Shown piece by piece: positions 28,597-37,928 of a stretch of DNA of 64,000 nt. Position 1 is the stretch's first letter; each line of letters opens with the position of its first letter. The DNA lies in assembly GCA_965262115.1 (NCBI GenBank), contig OZ253496.1, forward strand, positions 384,001 to 448,000. The letters run 5' to 3'. The position numbers and the translations under genes are program-made. The DNA comes from Nitrospinales bacterium. Its GTDB lineage: Bacteria > Nitrospinota > Nitrospinia > Nitrospinales > VA-1. The notes beneath the pieces are model-generated. The model was not told where the DNA came from and made no database searches. It saw only the letters and a program-made list of their open reading frames with translations.

Positions 28597-29538
28597 TTGC
28601 TTGACCTTATACAGATCATTGCCGGGCTGGCACTTTTATATTATGGAGGCAACTTTCTGGTAACAGGCAGTGTTCGTCTTGCCCGTTCTCTGAAAATCAG
28701 TCCCTTCATAATTGGCGCCACCGTCATCGCGTTTGGAACCTCCGCACCTGAACTGGCCGTTGCTCTTCTCGCCGCCCTCGGCGGCACCCCCGAACTGGCT
28801 ATGGGTAATGTCATCGGTAGTAATATCGCTAATATTGGCCTCGTTCTCGGATTAACCGCTATCATTAGTTCCATGTCGATCGCACCCGATCGTCTCAAGC
28901 GGGAATCCCCTCCACTGGTGTTGGCCTCACTTCTCATTCTGGTTATCGCCTGGGATCTTGAAATCAACCGCTATGAAGGGCTTTTTATGGTTTGCCTTTT
29001 AGGCGTGTACGTTTGGAGATCATTCAGCCATAAAGAGGATTTTGCTGAGGAACCGGAGGAGGAAGCCCATCTTTTTGAGAGGAAAGGCCCCGCCTTTCAA
29101 GTTATGCTGATCGTCGTAGGACTAGTGCTTTTGGTTGGAGGTGCCAAATTGCTGGTCGTGGGTGGCGTGAGCATCGCCCGTAACCTGGGAATCAGCGAAT
29201 GGTTAATTGGTATTACCATCGTCGCTATAGGAACCAGCCTCCCCGAAATTGTTTCCTCCCTAATCGCCGCAAAACGAGGCCATGGAGAAATGGCAATCGG
29301 CAATATTTTTGGCAGCAATATCTTCAACATCTTGATGGTTCTGGGCCTCACCGCTACCATTCATCCTTTACATATCCAGGAACCCATCCAACCGGATTTG
29401 ATCATCACCACCGCCATCACCGGACTCTTACTGGCAATGATAGGGTATGGGAACCATTCATTAGGAAAACAAAAGGGCACCCTCTTGCTCCTGGCTTATT
29501 TTTTATATATAGGACTGAAAGCAACCGGCAATCTTTAG
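28597..29538 (+). CDS. Ca2+/Na+ antiporter (YrbG/CaCA family)
   Basis: GTSAPE/GTSLPE alpha-1 and GNVIGSN/GNIFGSN alpha-2 repeats. Confidence 0.93.
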   Translation: MLDLIQIIAGLALLYYGGNFLVTGSVRLARSLKISPFIIGATVIAFGTSAPELAVALLAALGGTPELAMGNVIGSNIANIGLVLGLTAIISSMSIAPDRLKRESPPLVLASLLILVIAWDLEINRYEGLFMVCLLGVYVWRSFSHKEDFAEEPEEEAHLFERKGPAFQVMLIVVGLVLLVGGAKLLVVGGVSIARNLGISEWLIGITIVAIGTSLPEIVSSLIAAKRGHGEMAIGNIFGSNIFNILMVLGLTATIHPLHIQEPIQPDLIITTAITGLLLAMIGYGNHSLGKQKGTLLLLAYFLYIGLKATGNL

Positions 29539-29544
29539 ACTCTA

Positions 29545-31545
29545 TCAGGCAGGGGGGTTCAGCTTTACATTCTTAAACTTCCATAATTGTTGCTTGTAAT
29601 AAGAATCGTTGGGCACCAGTTTAATGGCTTCTTGAATTTTTTTCACAGCCCTTTCAGGATTTCCCTGAACATAAAGGATTTCTGAAAGTGTGTCGATGAA
29701 TTCGGGCTTATTGGGAAAAGCTTTCAGAGTCTGACTTGAAAGTGCAAAAGCCTTATTAAGCTTGACGCTTTTTTTTGCGTACAACCAAGCCAGGCGATTC
29801 ATGGTCTCATAATTGCTCTTGTTCAATTCAAAAGATTTTTCACAATGCCCGGTTGCAACCGTAAAATAGCCTTTCTTCGTATAAACATTGCAGATCGCGA
29901 AAAAGATTTTAGGATTATTCACCTCGTTTCTGGAAACGGGAAGAAGCAACTCCAGCGCACTATCCAGTTCCCTTGTTTCAACCAGCGCCAGAACCAGCCC
30001 CATAATAAAATCTGAGTTTTGGGGCTCCAGATCTAAAGCTTTTTTGAATTCGTCTATAGCCAGATCCACCTGCTCTCTGCCCAACAATACAATTCCGAGC
30101 TCATGATGGGAAGGCGCGTGCCTGGCATTCAGGGCAATGGCATTGGACAATAAAGATTGCGCGCGACCCCATTTTTTTTCACTGGAAACCAGTTTTCCTA
30201 ATTGATAATGGCTTTGGGCATCCTTCGGGTTGAGCTTGATGGCCTTTTCCAGCGCTTCCTGGGCTTTTTTATTCTGGTTTTTGTCTGCGTAAATTTTCCC
30301 CAGCCGGGCCTGAACCACGGGGTTCCCGGAGTCAAGTGTTTCTGCAACTTTGTAGGTTTCGAGAGACTCCTCAAGCATTCCCTTGGTGTAATACCAATCA
30401 GCAATACGAATTTGCGCAGGGAAGTTTTGCGGGAACAAGTCTGCCGCTTTTTTGAAAGCCTTCACGGCCTCATTTTCCTTACCACTTTGAAGAAGAAGTT
30501 TCCCTAAAGTTAAGTGCAAGCTGGGTTTATCATTCTCAAGCTTTACCGCCTTGGTAATCTCTGCAACGGCTTTGTCATATGCTTTTTTCTGAGAATAAAG
30601 CAGGCTCAATGCTTCATGAGGCTCAAAGGAATCCGCGTCCAACTCCACACTCATATTAAGAGCTTCACGGGCTTTGTCCAACTCCTTCTGTTCCAGATAT
30701 AAAAGGCCCAGGTTGTAGAAAGTGGCTCCACTCTCGGGATCAATTTCCACCGCCTGTTTATAGGACTCCACCGCTTCCTTCATTTGTCCCTTGGAGAAAT
30801 AAGTTTTTGCCTCCTTGACACGGTATTCCCCATTGGCAGGGTTTAAATCAATGGCCCTCTGAAACTGGGCCAGCGCATCGTTGTAACGTTTGTCCTCAAA
30901 ATAAATATCTCCGAGTCCGGCATACACTTTGGACTCGACTCGTGAAATAGTCAGGGCTTTTTTAAAGATGGCTTCCGCGTCGGTATAACGTTTTTCAGCG
31001 ACAAGCTCGTAACCTTTTTCAACCAGAGGCTCCAGTTCATTATCCTCTCTCGGGTAAAGCCAGGTCACCCCGGCAATGACCAGAACTACAACTGCTATTC
31101 CGGCGGCCTTTTTCAATAGGAAAATCGACTTACTGTCAGAGGCCTTCGGATCATTAGAAGCCCTGGAAACTTTCGCCGTTTTGGGAACAGGTCGTTCCAA
31201 CGTTTCCATTTCCTCCTTGACCGTTGTGGGAGCCTCATCGATCATCTTGCAACGGCCCTCGAAGCTGGAACCTTCATCAATGACCAAATGGTAGGTAGAG
31301 ATATCTCCTGCTAACCGGCTGTCGTTCATCAGGGCAACCTTGTTCTCCGCAAACAGGTTTCCCTGAATAAAACCCATATTGGTTACATCATGGGTTTTAA
31401 TATTGCCTAAGATTTTGCCCGACTTCCCCACAACAAAATGACTGGAGGAGTGTATTTCTCCCTCAAAATCCCCATCAAAATGAACCGCATCCTTCACCCA
31501 CAAAGTGCCTTTGAGCCTGATTCCTTTTTCAAAGTAGGAGTCCAT
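29545..31545 (-). CDS. Bactofilin domain + TM + long TPR array protein
   Basis: N-terminal G..LKG..FDGDFEG..VGKSG..IDEGSSFEGRC beta-helix pattern; TM near aa 146-163; many TPRs. Confidence 0.85.
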   Translation of the reverse strand: MDSYFEKGIRLKGTLWVKDAVHFDGDFEGEIHSSSHFVVGKSGKILGNIKTHDVTNMGFIQGNLFAENKVALMNDSRLAGDISTYHLVIDEGSSFEGRCKMIDEAPTTVKEEMETLERPVPKTAKVSRASNDPKASDSKSIFLLKKAAGIAVVVLVIAGVTWLYPREDNELEPLVEKGYELVAEKRYTDAEAIFKKALTISRVESKVYAGLGDIYFEDKRYNDALAQFQRAIDLNPANGEYRVKEAKTYFSKGQMKEAVESYKQAVEIDPESGATFYNLGLLYLEQKELDKAREALNMSVELDADSFEPHEALSLLYSQKKAYDKAVAEITKAVKLENDKPSLHLTLGKLLLQSGKENEAVKAFKKAADLFPQNFPAQIRIADWYYTKGMLEESLETYKVAETLDSGNPVVQARLGKIYADKNQNKKAQEALEKAIKLNPKDAQSHYQLGKLVSSEKKWGRAQSLLSNAIALNARHAPSHHELGIVLLGREQVDLAIDEFKKALDLEPQNSDFIMGLVLALVETRELDSALELLLPVSRNEVNNPKIFFAICNVYTKKGYFTVATGHCEKSFELNKSNYETMNRLAWLYAKKSVKLNKAFALSSQTLKAFPNKPEFIDTLSEILYVQGNPERAVKKIQEAIKLVPNDSYYKQQLWKFKNVKLNPPA

Positions 31546-31806
31546 AAACCTGCGAAAAAAATCCGAAAAATTTTAAAAATCTGGAATGGTCTGAATAGTA
31601 CCAAATAATTGAATAAGTTACAAGCTAGAACACACGGAACGTCTGATGCAACCCAGCATTCCGAACGAATGTTTACAGGACAAGATTCCTGTACAATGAT
31701 TGGCAACGCATGTGACGGTTGAAAAGTCGGTTCATAACTGCTAATTTGAGCCTTTTTTTACATTTTTTAGCCCCAAAAACTCATCATTATTTTTTCAAGG
31801 AATATC

Positions 31807-32523
31807 ATGTCCAGAGATCAAGGCAGAGCCTTCAATGTATGCAGAAAAATCAAAGTCATAAAAAACTACATCATGCACCCGGCGGGCTCTGTTCTCGTTC
31901 AGATGGGAAACACCAAAGTCATTTGTGCCGCCACTGTGGAAGAAAAAGTTCCTTCCTTTCTCAGAGGCAAAAACAGCGGCTGGGTCACTGCGGAATATTC
32001 CATGCTCCCATCTTCCACTAATACTCGAAGTCCCCGTGAAGCGTCCCGCGGTAAACTGTCAGGGAGGACTCAGGAAATCCAAAGACTCATCGGCCGCTCA
32101 CTGCGTACGGTCATCGACCTTGAGAAACTGGGTGAGCGCACCATCTGGCTCGACTGCGATGTCATTCAGGCGGATGGCGGCACCCGTTGTGCTTCCATTA
32201 CAGGAGCCTTCATGGCAACCGTTCTGGCCTTGAAAAAATTGAAAAAGGAAAAGTTGATCGACGAACTTCCGATCAAAGATTATGTCGCCGCGATCAGTGT
32301 CGGCATCGTCAATGAGAAAAAAATGCTCGACCTGGATTACTCGGAAGACTCCACCGCTGAGGTCGACCTCAATATCGTCAAAACCGGGTCCGGAGGATAT
32401 GTCGAAATTCAGGGAACTGCTGAACAGGAACCCTTCGACGATAAACAATTGGAGGGCCTTCTCAAACTCGCCGATAAAGGCATCAAAGAACTCATTGCCC
32501 TCCAGAAAAAAACCGTTGGCTAG
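31807..32523 (+). CDS. rph: Ribonuclease PH
   Basis: [36 protein letters not shown]. Confidence 0.97.
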   Translation: MSRDQGRAFNVCRKIKVIKNYIMHPAGSVLVQMGNTKVICAATVEEKVPSFLRGKNSGWVTAEYSMLPSSTNTRSPREASRGKLSGRTQEIQRLIGRSLRTVIDLEKLGERTIWLDCDVIQADGGTRCASITGAFMATVLALKKLKKEKLIDELPIKDYVAAISVGIVNEKKMLDLDYSEDSTAEVDLNIVKTGSGGYVEIQGTAEQEPFDDKQLEGLLKLADKGIKELIALQKKTVG

Positions 32524-32817
32524 CCACCACTAGGCGTGGAGCCAATGAGCCATAGCGTTAATGATCTGGCAAAGAATTGTCTCGGCTTAACCGGCGATCC
32601 ACTAGGGGAAGATCATCCTCTCCCCTCATGGGGAGAGGTAAGGCGTAGCCGCGGTGAGGGGTTGCTATTATCCCCCATTCATCTTCCAGCCATCGCCCAC
32701 AAGGCCGGGCTACTCCCTCTACTCGCCGTAGCGATAGTGTTCATTTCCTTGGCCCAGGCAATCCAACATCCTCACATAGTTAACTTCCCCTGGTTGAGTG
32801 GACAGTTAGTTAAGAGG

Positions 32818-32844
32818 CATTAGCCTTCATGCCCGGAACGGGTA
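32818..32844 (+). mobile_element. Micro-element B, copy 6 (partial)
   Basis: cattagccttcatgcccggaacgggta. Confidence 0.6.
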
Positions 32845-32933
32845 CTTCGTAGAATGGGGAGCAAACCACCCCCTCTCAAAAACAGTGAGTTTTATTAAGC
32901 CGAGACAACTCTTGCCAGCCAATAAAGGCTATT

Positions 32934-32972
32934 TACCCCTGCGGGGCACGAAGTTTAAGGAAGAATATTACG
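32934..32972 (-). mobile_element. Micro-element B, copy 7
   Basis: Removal restores the A consensus GCCAGTAGC|AATAGC. Confidence 0.72.
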
Positions 32973-32998
32973 GCTACTGGCCCCACGCCGAGTGGCGC

Positions 32999-33649
32999 CT
33001 AGCGGTGTTTGACCACACCAATTTTCGGGCAGGTGTCGGCAATGGTGCAGGACCCGCAAAACGGCGAGACCGGTTTGCAGATGTTCTGGCCAAAGGTCAC
33101 CAGCAAATCGTTATAGCCTTTCCAGTAGCGCCGGGGTAGTTTGTTTCTCAATACCATTTCGGTTTCGTCTGGTGATTTAGTTTTGACATAACCCCAGCGG
33201 TTGGAAATGCGGTGGACGTGGATGTCCACGCAGATTCCCGGTTTGTTGTGTCCCAGAATCAAAGTCAGGTTGGCGGTTTTGCGCCCCACCCCATTCAGCT
33301 TTAAAAGCTCTTCCAATTTATCGGGAACCTTCCCTTCGTAATTGTCCACCAGGTCTTTACAAAGTTCCTTTAACGATTGAGACTTGTTGCGAAAAAATGC
33401 CGCCGGATAAATGGCCTTTTCTATTTTTGCGTTGGAAAGCTTCATCAATTGGGCCGGATTTTTCGCTAGTTTAAATAACCGGGCCGAGGCGGGTTCGGTG
33501 ACCTCATCCCGGGTCCTCAGGCTGATGATGCAACTGACCAGCACCGTAAAAGGATCGTTCTTCTGGCTGATGACGGTTACACTTGGAGTTCGAAAATCAC
33601 GAACTGCCTTCTTCACCCTGACTAAAACCTCGCTGATGGGAAATTCCAT
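32999..33649 (-). CDS. nth: Endonuclease III (HhH-GPD, 4Fe-4S)
   Basis: GVGRKTANL, VDIHVHR, C-x6-C-x2-C-x5-C. Confidence 0.92.
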   Translation of the reverse strand: MEFPISEVLVRVKKAVRDFRTPSVTVISQKNDPFTVLVSCIISLRTRDEVTEPASARLFKLAKNPAQLMKLSNAKIEKAIYPAAFFRNKSQSLKELCKDLVDNYEGKVPDKLEELLKLNGVGRKTANLTLILGHNKPGICVDIHVHRISNRWGYVKTKSPDETEMVLRNKLPRRYWKGYNDLLVTFGQNICKPVSPFCGSCTIADTCPKIGVVKHR

Positions 33650-33795
33650 GAGTATCCTCGCAGGCCCACTGTTTTTGCCCTGAAAAGCAATTCTTATTAG
33701 TAAAAAAGCGTTGATTTTGCTAGTATAAGAGCTTTTAAAAAACCCATCCCCCCACAAGCGGTTAGGGTGAACCTTTAAACCCGGATTTTAAGAAA

Positions 33796-34284
33796 ATGCA
33801 GCATACCATTTCTGTGTTATTGAACAACCGTTTCGGTGTTTTGTCTCGCGTGTCAGGTCTTTTCAGTAGCCGTGGTTTCAATATAGAAAGCCTGAATGTC
33901 GCAGAAACTTCCGATCCAACAGTTTCCCGCATGACCATAGTTACCATCGGTGATAATGCCAAGATTGAGCAGGTCACCAAACAACTTAACAAACTCGTTG
34001 ATGTAATAAAGGTCATTGACCTGACCGAGGAAAGTTTTGTTGATCGGGAATTATTGCTGATCAAGATGAACGCGGAAGTCCGGGTCAGGGAAGAGATCCT
34101 CATAATCGTGGATCTGTTTCGGGCCAAAGTTGTCGATGTGAGCCCCAGCACCTACACCATTGAGATCACCGGCGACGAAGGAAAACTAACTGGCTTTCTG
34201 GATATGTTGAGTCCTTTGGGAATCAAAGAAATCGTCCGGTCTGGAAGAATTGCTATCGGTCGGGGAAACAAATCGATCAATTAA
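33796..34284 (+). CDS. ilvH: Acetolactate synthase small subunit
   Basis: GVLSRVSGLFS.RGFNIESL, KQLNKLVDV. Confidence 0.95.
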   Translation: MQHTISVLLNNRFGVLSRVSGLFSSRGFNIESLNVAETSDPTVSRMTIVTIGDNAKIEQVTKQLNKLVDVIKVIDLTEESFVDRELLLIKMNAEVRVREEILIIVDLFRAKVVDVSPSTYTIEITGDEGKLTGFLDMLSPLGIKEIVRSGRIAIGRGNKSIN

Positions 34285-34311
34285 TTTTGCACTAAGATAA
34301 GGAGAACCGTT

Positions 34312-35313
34312 TTGTCTAAGATTTTTTATAACAAAGATGCGGACATCAAAATCTTAAAGAAGAAAACCATTGCCATCATTGGTTACGGCAGCCAGGGGCA
34401 CGCCCATGCCAGAAACCTCCACGATAGTGGAATGAAAGTGATCGTTGGCCTGAGAAAAGGTAGCGCTTTCTGGAAGAGAGCCCAAAAGGATGGCCTGAAT
34501 GTCATGACCGTCGCCGAGGCCACTAAAAAAGCCGATATCATGATGATCCTGATTCCCGATGACAAACAAAAAGCCATGTATGAAAAAGATATTGAGCCTA
34601 ACTTAACAAAAGGTATGTCTCTGGCGTGGGGACATGGATTCAATATCCACTTTGGACAAATTGTTCCGCCGAAAGATGTCGATGTATTCATGATCGCCCC
34701 AAAAGGTCCTGGTCATCTGGTCAGGAGAACCTTTGAGCAGGGCGCAGGCGTTCCCTGCCTGATGGCGGTTCACCAGAACGTTACCAAAAATGCGAGAAAG
34801 ATAGCCCTCGCCTATGCCAAGGGCATCGGCGGGACCCGTGCAGGTGTTCTGGAAACTGATTTCAGGGAAGAAACCGAAACCGACCTGTTTGGAGAACAGG
34901 CCGTATTGTGCGGAGGTGTTTCCGAATTGATCCGCGCCGGTTACGACACTCTGGTCGATGCCGGATACAATCCGGATCTTGCTTATTTTGAATGCCTCCA
35001 TGAACTAAAACTGATTGTCGACCTTATCTACGAAGGTGGTATCGGCAATATGCGTTATTCCATCAGCACCACCGCCGCCTATGGCGACGTGACCCGCGGA
35101 CCACGAATCATCACTCAGGAAACCCGTGCGGAAATGAAGCGGATTCTGGGCGAGATTCAGAGCGGAGCCTTCGCCAAAGAGTTTATTCTGGAAAACCTGG
35201 CCAACCGCCCACTGTTTAATGCACGACTGGCACAGGATAAAAAACATCGTATCGAGCAGGTCGGAGAAAAGCTCAGGAAAATGATGCCTTTCGTTGGCAA
35301 GAAGGTGCAGTAG
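34312..35313 (+). CDS. ilvC: Ketol-acid reductoisomerase
   Basis: [27 protein letters not shown]. Confidence 0.97.
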   Translation: MSKIFYNKDADIKILKKKTIAIIGYGSQGHAHARNLHDSGMKVIVGLRKGSAFWKRAQKDGLNVMTVAEATKKADIMMILIPDDKQKAMYEKDIEPNLTKGMSLAWGHGFNIHFGQIVPPKDVDVFMIAPKGPGHLVRRTFEQGAGVPCLMAVHQNVTKNARKIALAYAKGIGGTRAGVLETDFREETETDLFGEQAVLCGGVSELIRAGYDTLVDAGYNPDLAYFECLHELKLIVDLIYEGGIGNMRYSISTTAAYGDVTRGPRIITQETRAEMKRILGEIQSGAFAKEFILENLANRPLFNARLAQDKKHRIEQVGEKLRKMMPFVGKKVQ

Positions 35314-35319
35314 AAACCC

Positions 35320-35952
35320 ATGCACATTCCTATTGCTAAAGAGGGGTACATGTTCATCCTTCCCCTCGCTGTTTTAACGGGTGTTTTCTGGGCTTTGTCC
35401 TGGTTGTGGGCCGCCGGACTTTTTGGTGGACTCTTCCTCTTCGTCACCTGGTTTTTTCGTGACCCTGAAAGAACTATTCCCGAAGACCATAATGCCATCG
35501 TTTCACCGGGGGATGGCAGGATCGTCGAAATTGTGCCAGAAAAGGACCCGCTACTTGAGAAAGACGGCTATACACGAATCAGTGTTTTCCTGAATGTGTT
35601 TAACGTTCATGTCAATCGGGTACCCATCGCCGGGAAAATTCAAGCCTATCGCTATAACAAAGGAAAGTTTTTCAACGCCGCCAGCCACAAGGCTTCTATG
35701 GATAACGAACAAAGCGCTATCCTATTGAATAATGGTCATGTTACAATTTTAGTGAAGCAAATCGCCGGATTGATCGCCCGTAGAATTGTATGCTGGGCAA
35801 AAGAGGGCGATGAGTATCAACGCGGACAACGCTACGGCTTAATCCGTTTCGGCTCACGCATGGATGTTTTTGTGCCCGAAGGCACTGACATTAAAGTCAC
35901 AGTTGGCGATATTGTCAGCGGTGGAAGCTCCGTCATTGGATATTTAAAGTAG
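35320..35952 (+). CDS. psd: Phosphatidylserine decarboxylase
   Basis: FFRDP, NVHVNR, IRFGSR. Confidence 0.93.
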   Translation: MHIPIAKEGYMFILPLAVLTGVFWALSWLWAAGLFGGLFLFVTWFFRDPERTIPEDHNAIVSPGDGRIVEIVPEKDPLLEKDGYTRISVFLNVFNVHVNRVPIAGKIQAYRYNKGKFFNAASHKASMDNEQSAILLNNGHVTILVKQIAGLIARRIVCWAKEGDEYQRGQRYGLIRFGSRMDVFVPEGTDIKVTVGDIVSGGSSVIGYLK

Positions 35953-35959
35953 GAAAGGC

Positions 35960-36703
35960 ATGGAACCTAAAAAAGGCATTCATATCCTCCCCAGTTTGTT
36001 CACCACGGGAAATGTATTCTGTGGATTCTACGCCTTTGTCGCGGTACTGAATGAGCAGTTTTATTACGCCGCCTGGGCCATCGCGGTAGGAATGATTTTT
36101 GACGGACTCGATGGCCGCATCGCCCGGCTGACTAAAACCACCAGCGCTTTCGGCGAACAATACGATTCTTTGGCAGACATCATCACCTTTGGCATGGCCC
36201 CTGCCTTCCTTGCCTACTCATGGGTATTAAAACCATTCGGTCGGTTGGGTTGGATGGCAGCTTTCCTGTTTCTGCTTTGTGCCGCTCTAAGACTGGCCCG
36301 GTTCAATGTGACCAAACCAGAAATTCGCAGTCATCATTTCATCGGCTTGCCAAGTCCGGCGGCAGCGGTGGTGATCGCATCTATCGTTATTGCTTTTGAA
36401 GACCTGTTTGCCACACGCATGAATCCGTTCATCATGGTGATGGTGGTTTATACTCTGGCGTTTCTTATGGTCAGCAATATTAAATACCCCGCCTTCAAAC
36501 AGTTTGACTTTAAAAAACGGGTGGTGTTTCCCCGTTTCCTGTTCGTGATTTTATTCATTTATGTTCTGGCAACCATACCGCGGGTTGCATTGTTCATTCT
36601 TGGTATCAGCTACGCCGTTATGGGCCCGATTAGCTTATTGTTAACAAATAGAAAACTGGCGGCGGAGTCCAATGAAACTTCTCCTCCTGTTAACAACCAT
36701 TAG
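35960..36703 (+). CDS. pssA: CDP-diacylglycerol-serine O-phosphatidyltransferase
   Basis: DGLDGRIAR..G...DSLAD, RLARFN. Confidence 0.93.
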   Translation: MEPKKGIHILPSLFTTGNVFCGFYAFVAVLNEQFYYAAWAIAVGMIFDGLDGRIARLTKTTSAFGEQYDSLADIITFGMAPAFLAYSWVLKPFGRLGWMAAFLFLLCAALRLARFNVTKPEIRSHHFIGLPSPAAAVVIASIVIAFEDLFATRMNPFIMVMVVYTLAFLMVSNIKYPAFKQFDFKKRVVFPRFLFVILFIYVLATIPRVALFILGISYAVMGPISLLLTNRKLAAESNETSPPVNNH

Positions 36704-36704
36704 T

Positions 36705-36780
36705 CCACTGGCGTGGAGCCAGTTGCAATCACTTTATCTGGCTAGCAAAGAGTTTTGGCGGCCAATAAGCTCTTGCTAGT
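36705..36780 (+). repeat. Repeat family A, copy 8
   Basis: CCACTGGCGTGGAGCCAGTTGCAAT..TTATCTGGC right after pssA stop. Confidence 0.7.
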
Positions 36781-36808
36781 TCCCTCTCTCGAGAGTGAGG
36801 ATTTGTAG

Positions 36809-37705
36809 ATGTCATGGATAGATAAAATCAAAGCCGGGATCGGCGGAAAAAAAACCGCCAAGAACGAAGATCTCTGGGCCGAGTGCAAAAAATGCAAGGG
36901 GCAGATCTATATTGCCGAACTGGAAACCAACTTGAAGGTCTGCCCCCACTGCGATTGCCATTTTCGTCTGGAAACCCGCCAACGTATCCATCAACTCATA
37001 GACCATGAATCGTTTAAAGAACACGATCAGAGTCTGACCGCCTCTGATCCGTTAAAATTCAAAGACACAAAAAAATATAAGGACCGTATCAAATCATCAG
37101 CTAAAAAAGGCCTTTCCAGCGATGCGGTGATCACCGGATCTGGAACTATTGAAGGTCTACCCATCGAACTCTGCGTCTTCGACTTCAGTTTCATGGGAGG
37201 AAGCATGGGTTCGGTAGTGGGAGAAAAAATCACCCGCGCCATCGAACGCGCCATTGAAAATAAATCAGCCCTGATTATTGCAAGCTCTTCCGGCGGCGCA
37301 AGAATGCAAGAGGGCATTTTTTCTCTTATGCAGATGGCTAAAACTTCTTCGGCTCTCAGCAAGCTGAGCAGCCAGAAAATTCCTTATATCTCCATCTTGA
37401 CAGACCCCACCATGGGCGGTGTCTCGGCCAGTTTTTCCATGTTGGGGGATATCATCCTCGCCGAACCGGGCGCACTGATCGGGTTTGCCGGACCGCGTGT
37501 CATCGAACAAACCATCAAACAGAAACTCCCTGAAGGATTCCAAACCGCCGAGTTTCTACTGGACCACGGTCTCATCGATAACGTCGTCCATCGTAAAGAC
37601 CTGAAATCCAGTCTCGCACTATTGCTCAAGATGCTGAAAAACAACCCCGCCGAAGAGTATGAAGAACCCACTCTCACTAAACCCCATGAATTCCTCGGCG
37701 CCTAG
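36809..37705 (+). CDS. accD: Acetyl-CoA carboxylase carboxyltransferase beta
   Basis: C4 zinc finger, GGSMGSVVGEK, SGGARMQE, FAGPRVIEQT. Confidence 0.97.
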   Translation: MSWIDKIKAGIGGKKTAKNEDLWAECKKCKGQIYIAELETNLKVCPHCDCHFRLETRQRIHQLIDHESFKEHDQSLTASDPLKFKDTKKYKDRIKSSAKKGLSSDAVITGSGTIEGLPIELCVFDFSFMGGSMGSVVGEKITRAIERAIENKSALIIASSSGGARMQEGIFSLMQMAKTSSALSKLSSQKIPYISILTDPTMGGVSASFSMLGDIILAEPGALIGFAGPRVIEQTIKQKLPEGFQTAEFLLDHGLIDNVVHRKDLKSSLALLLKMLKNNPAEEYEEPTLTKPHEFLGA

Positions 37706-37760
37706 CTACTAGCCGTAGGGAATGGCTTTTATTGGCTGACAAATAGTCATCTCGGCTTAA
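37706..37760 (+). repeat. Repeat family A, copy 9 (degenerate)
   Basis: TTTATTGGCTGACAAA..TCTCGGCTTAAT, as in A7. Confidence 0.55.
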
Positions 37761-37767
37761 TACAGCC

Positions 37768-37920
37768 TTACTGAAAAGCAGGGGTCGCATCGTAGTCAGC
37801 AAGTAATCTGGTGATTTCGTTTTGGAAGGTCACAAATGGCCGGGTACCGCTGATGAGCATTCCAGTCACGGAGTTATCGGTGGTGTAACCCAATACAAAA
37901 GCCGGGGTACCCCTTCCTGC
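37768..37920 (-). pseudogene. DsbA/thioredoxin-fold C-terminal remnant
   Basis: GTPAFVLG..ISGTRPFVTFQNEITRLL* with no start or CxxC. Confidence 0.65.
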
Positions 37921-37928
37921 GTTCGCGG

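Larger units (their letters stand above)
32527..32995. repeat. Repeat mosaic: A6, IS3 IRR remnants (32586-32615, 32780-32820), CCCCTC..GAGGGG palindromes, B6, A7 with B7
   Basis: Each block matches copies elsewhere in the window. Confidence 0.8.

Noticed and set aside
31655..31670. Sigma54 promoter (GG-N10-GC) upstream of rph
   Set aside because: Poor match to TGGCAC/TTGC beyond the dinucleotides; not supportable from sequence alone.
37850..37900. Hammerhead ribozyme (CTGATGAG)
   Set aside because: No properly placed GAAA core or stems; the region is better explained as an antisense DsbA remnant.
37903..37914. GGGGTACCCC as another element B copy
   Set aside because: Lacks the TGCCCC-GNA stem and the GTGAT end; it encodes GTP of the DsbA remnant.
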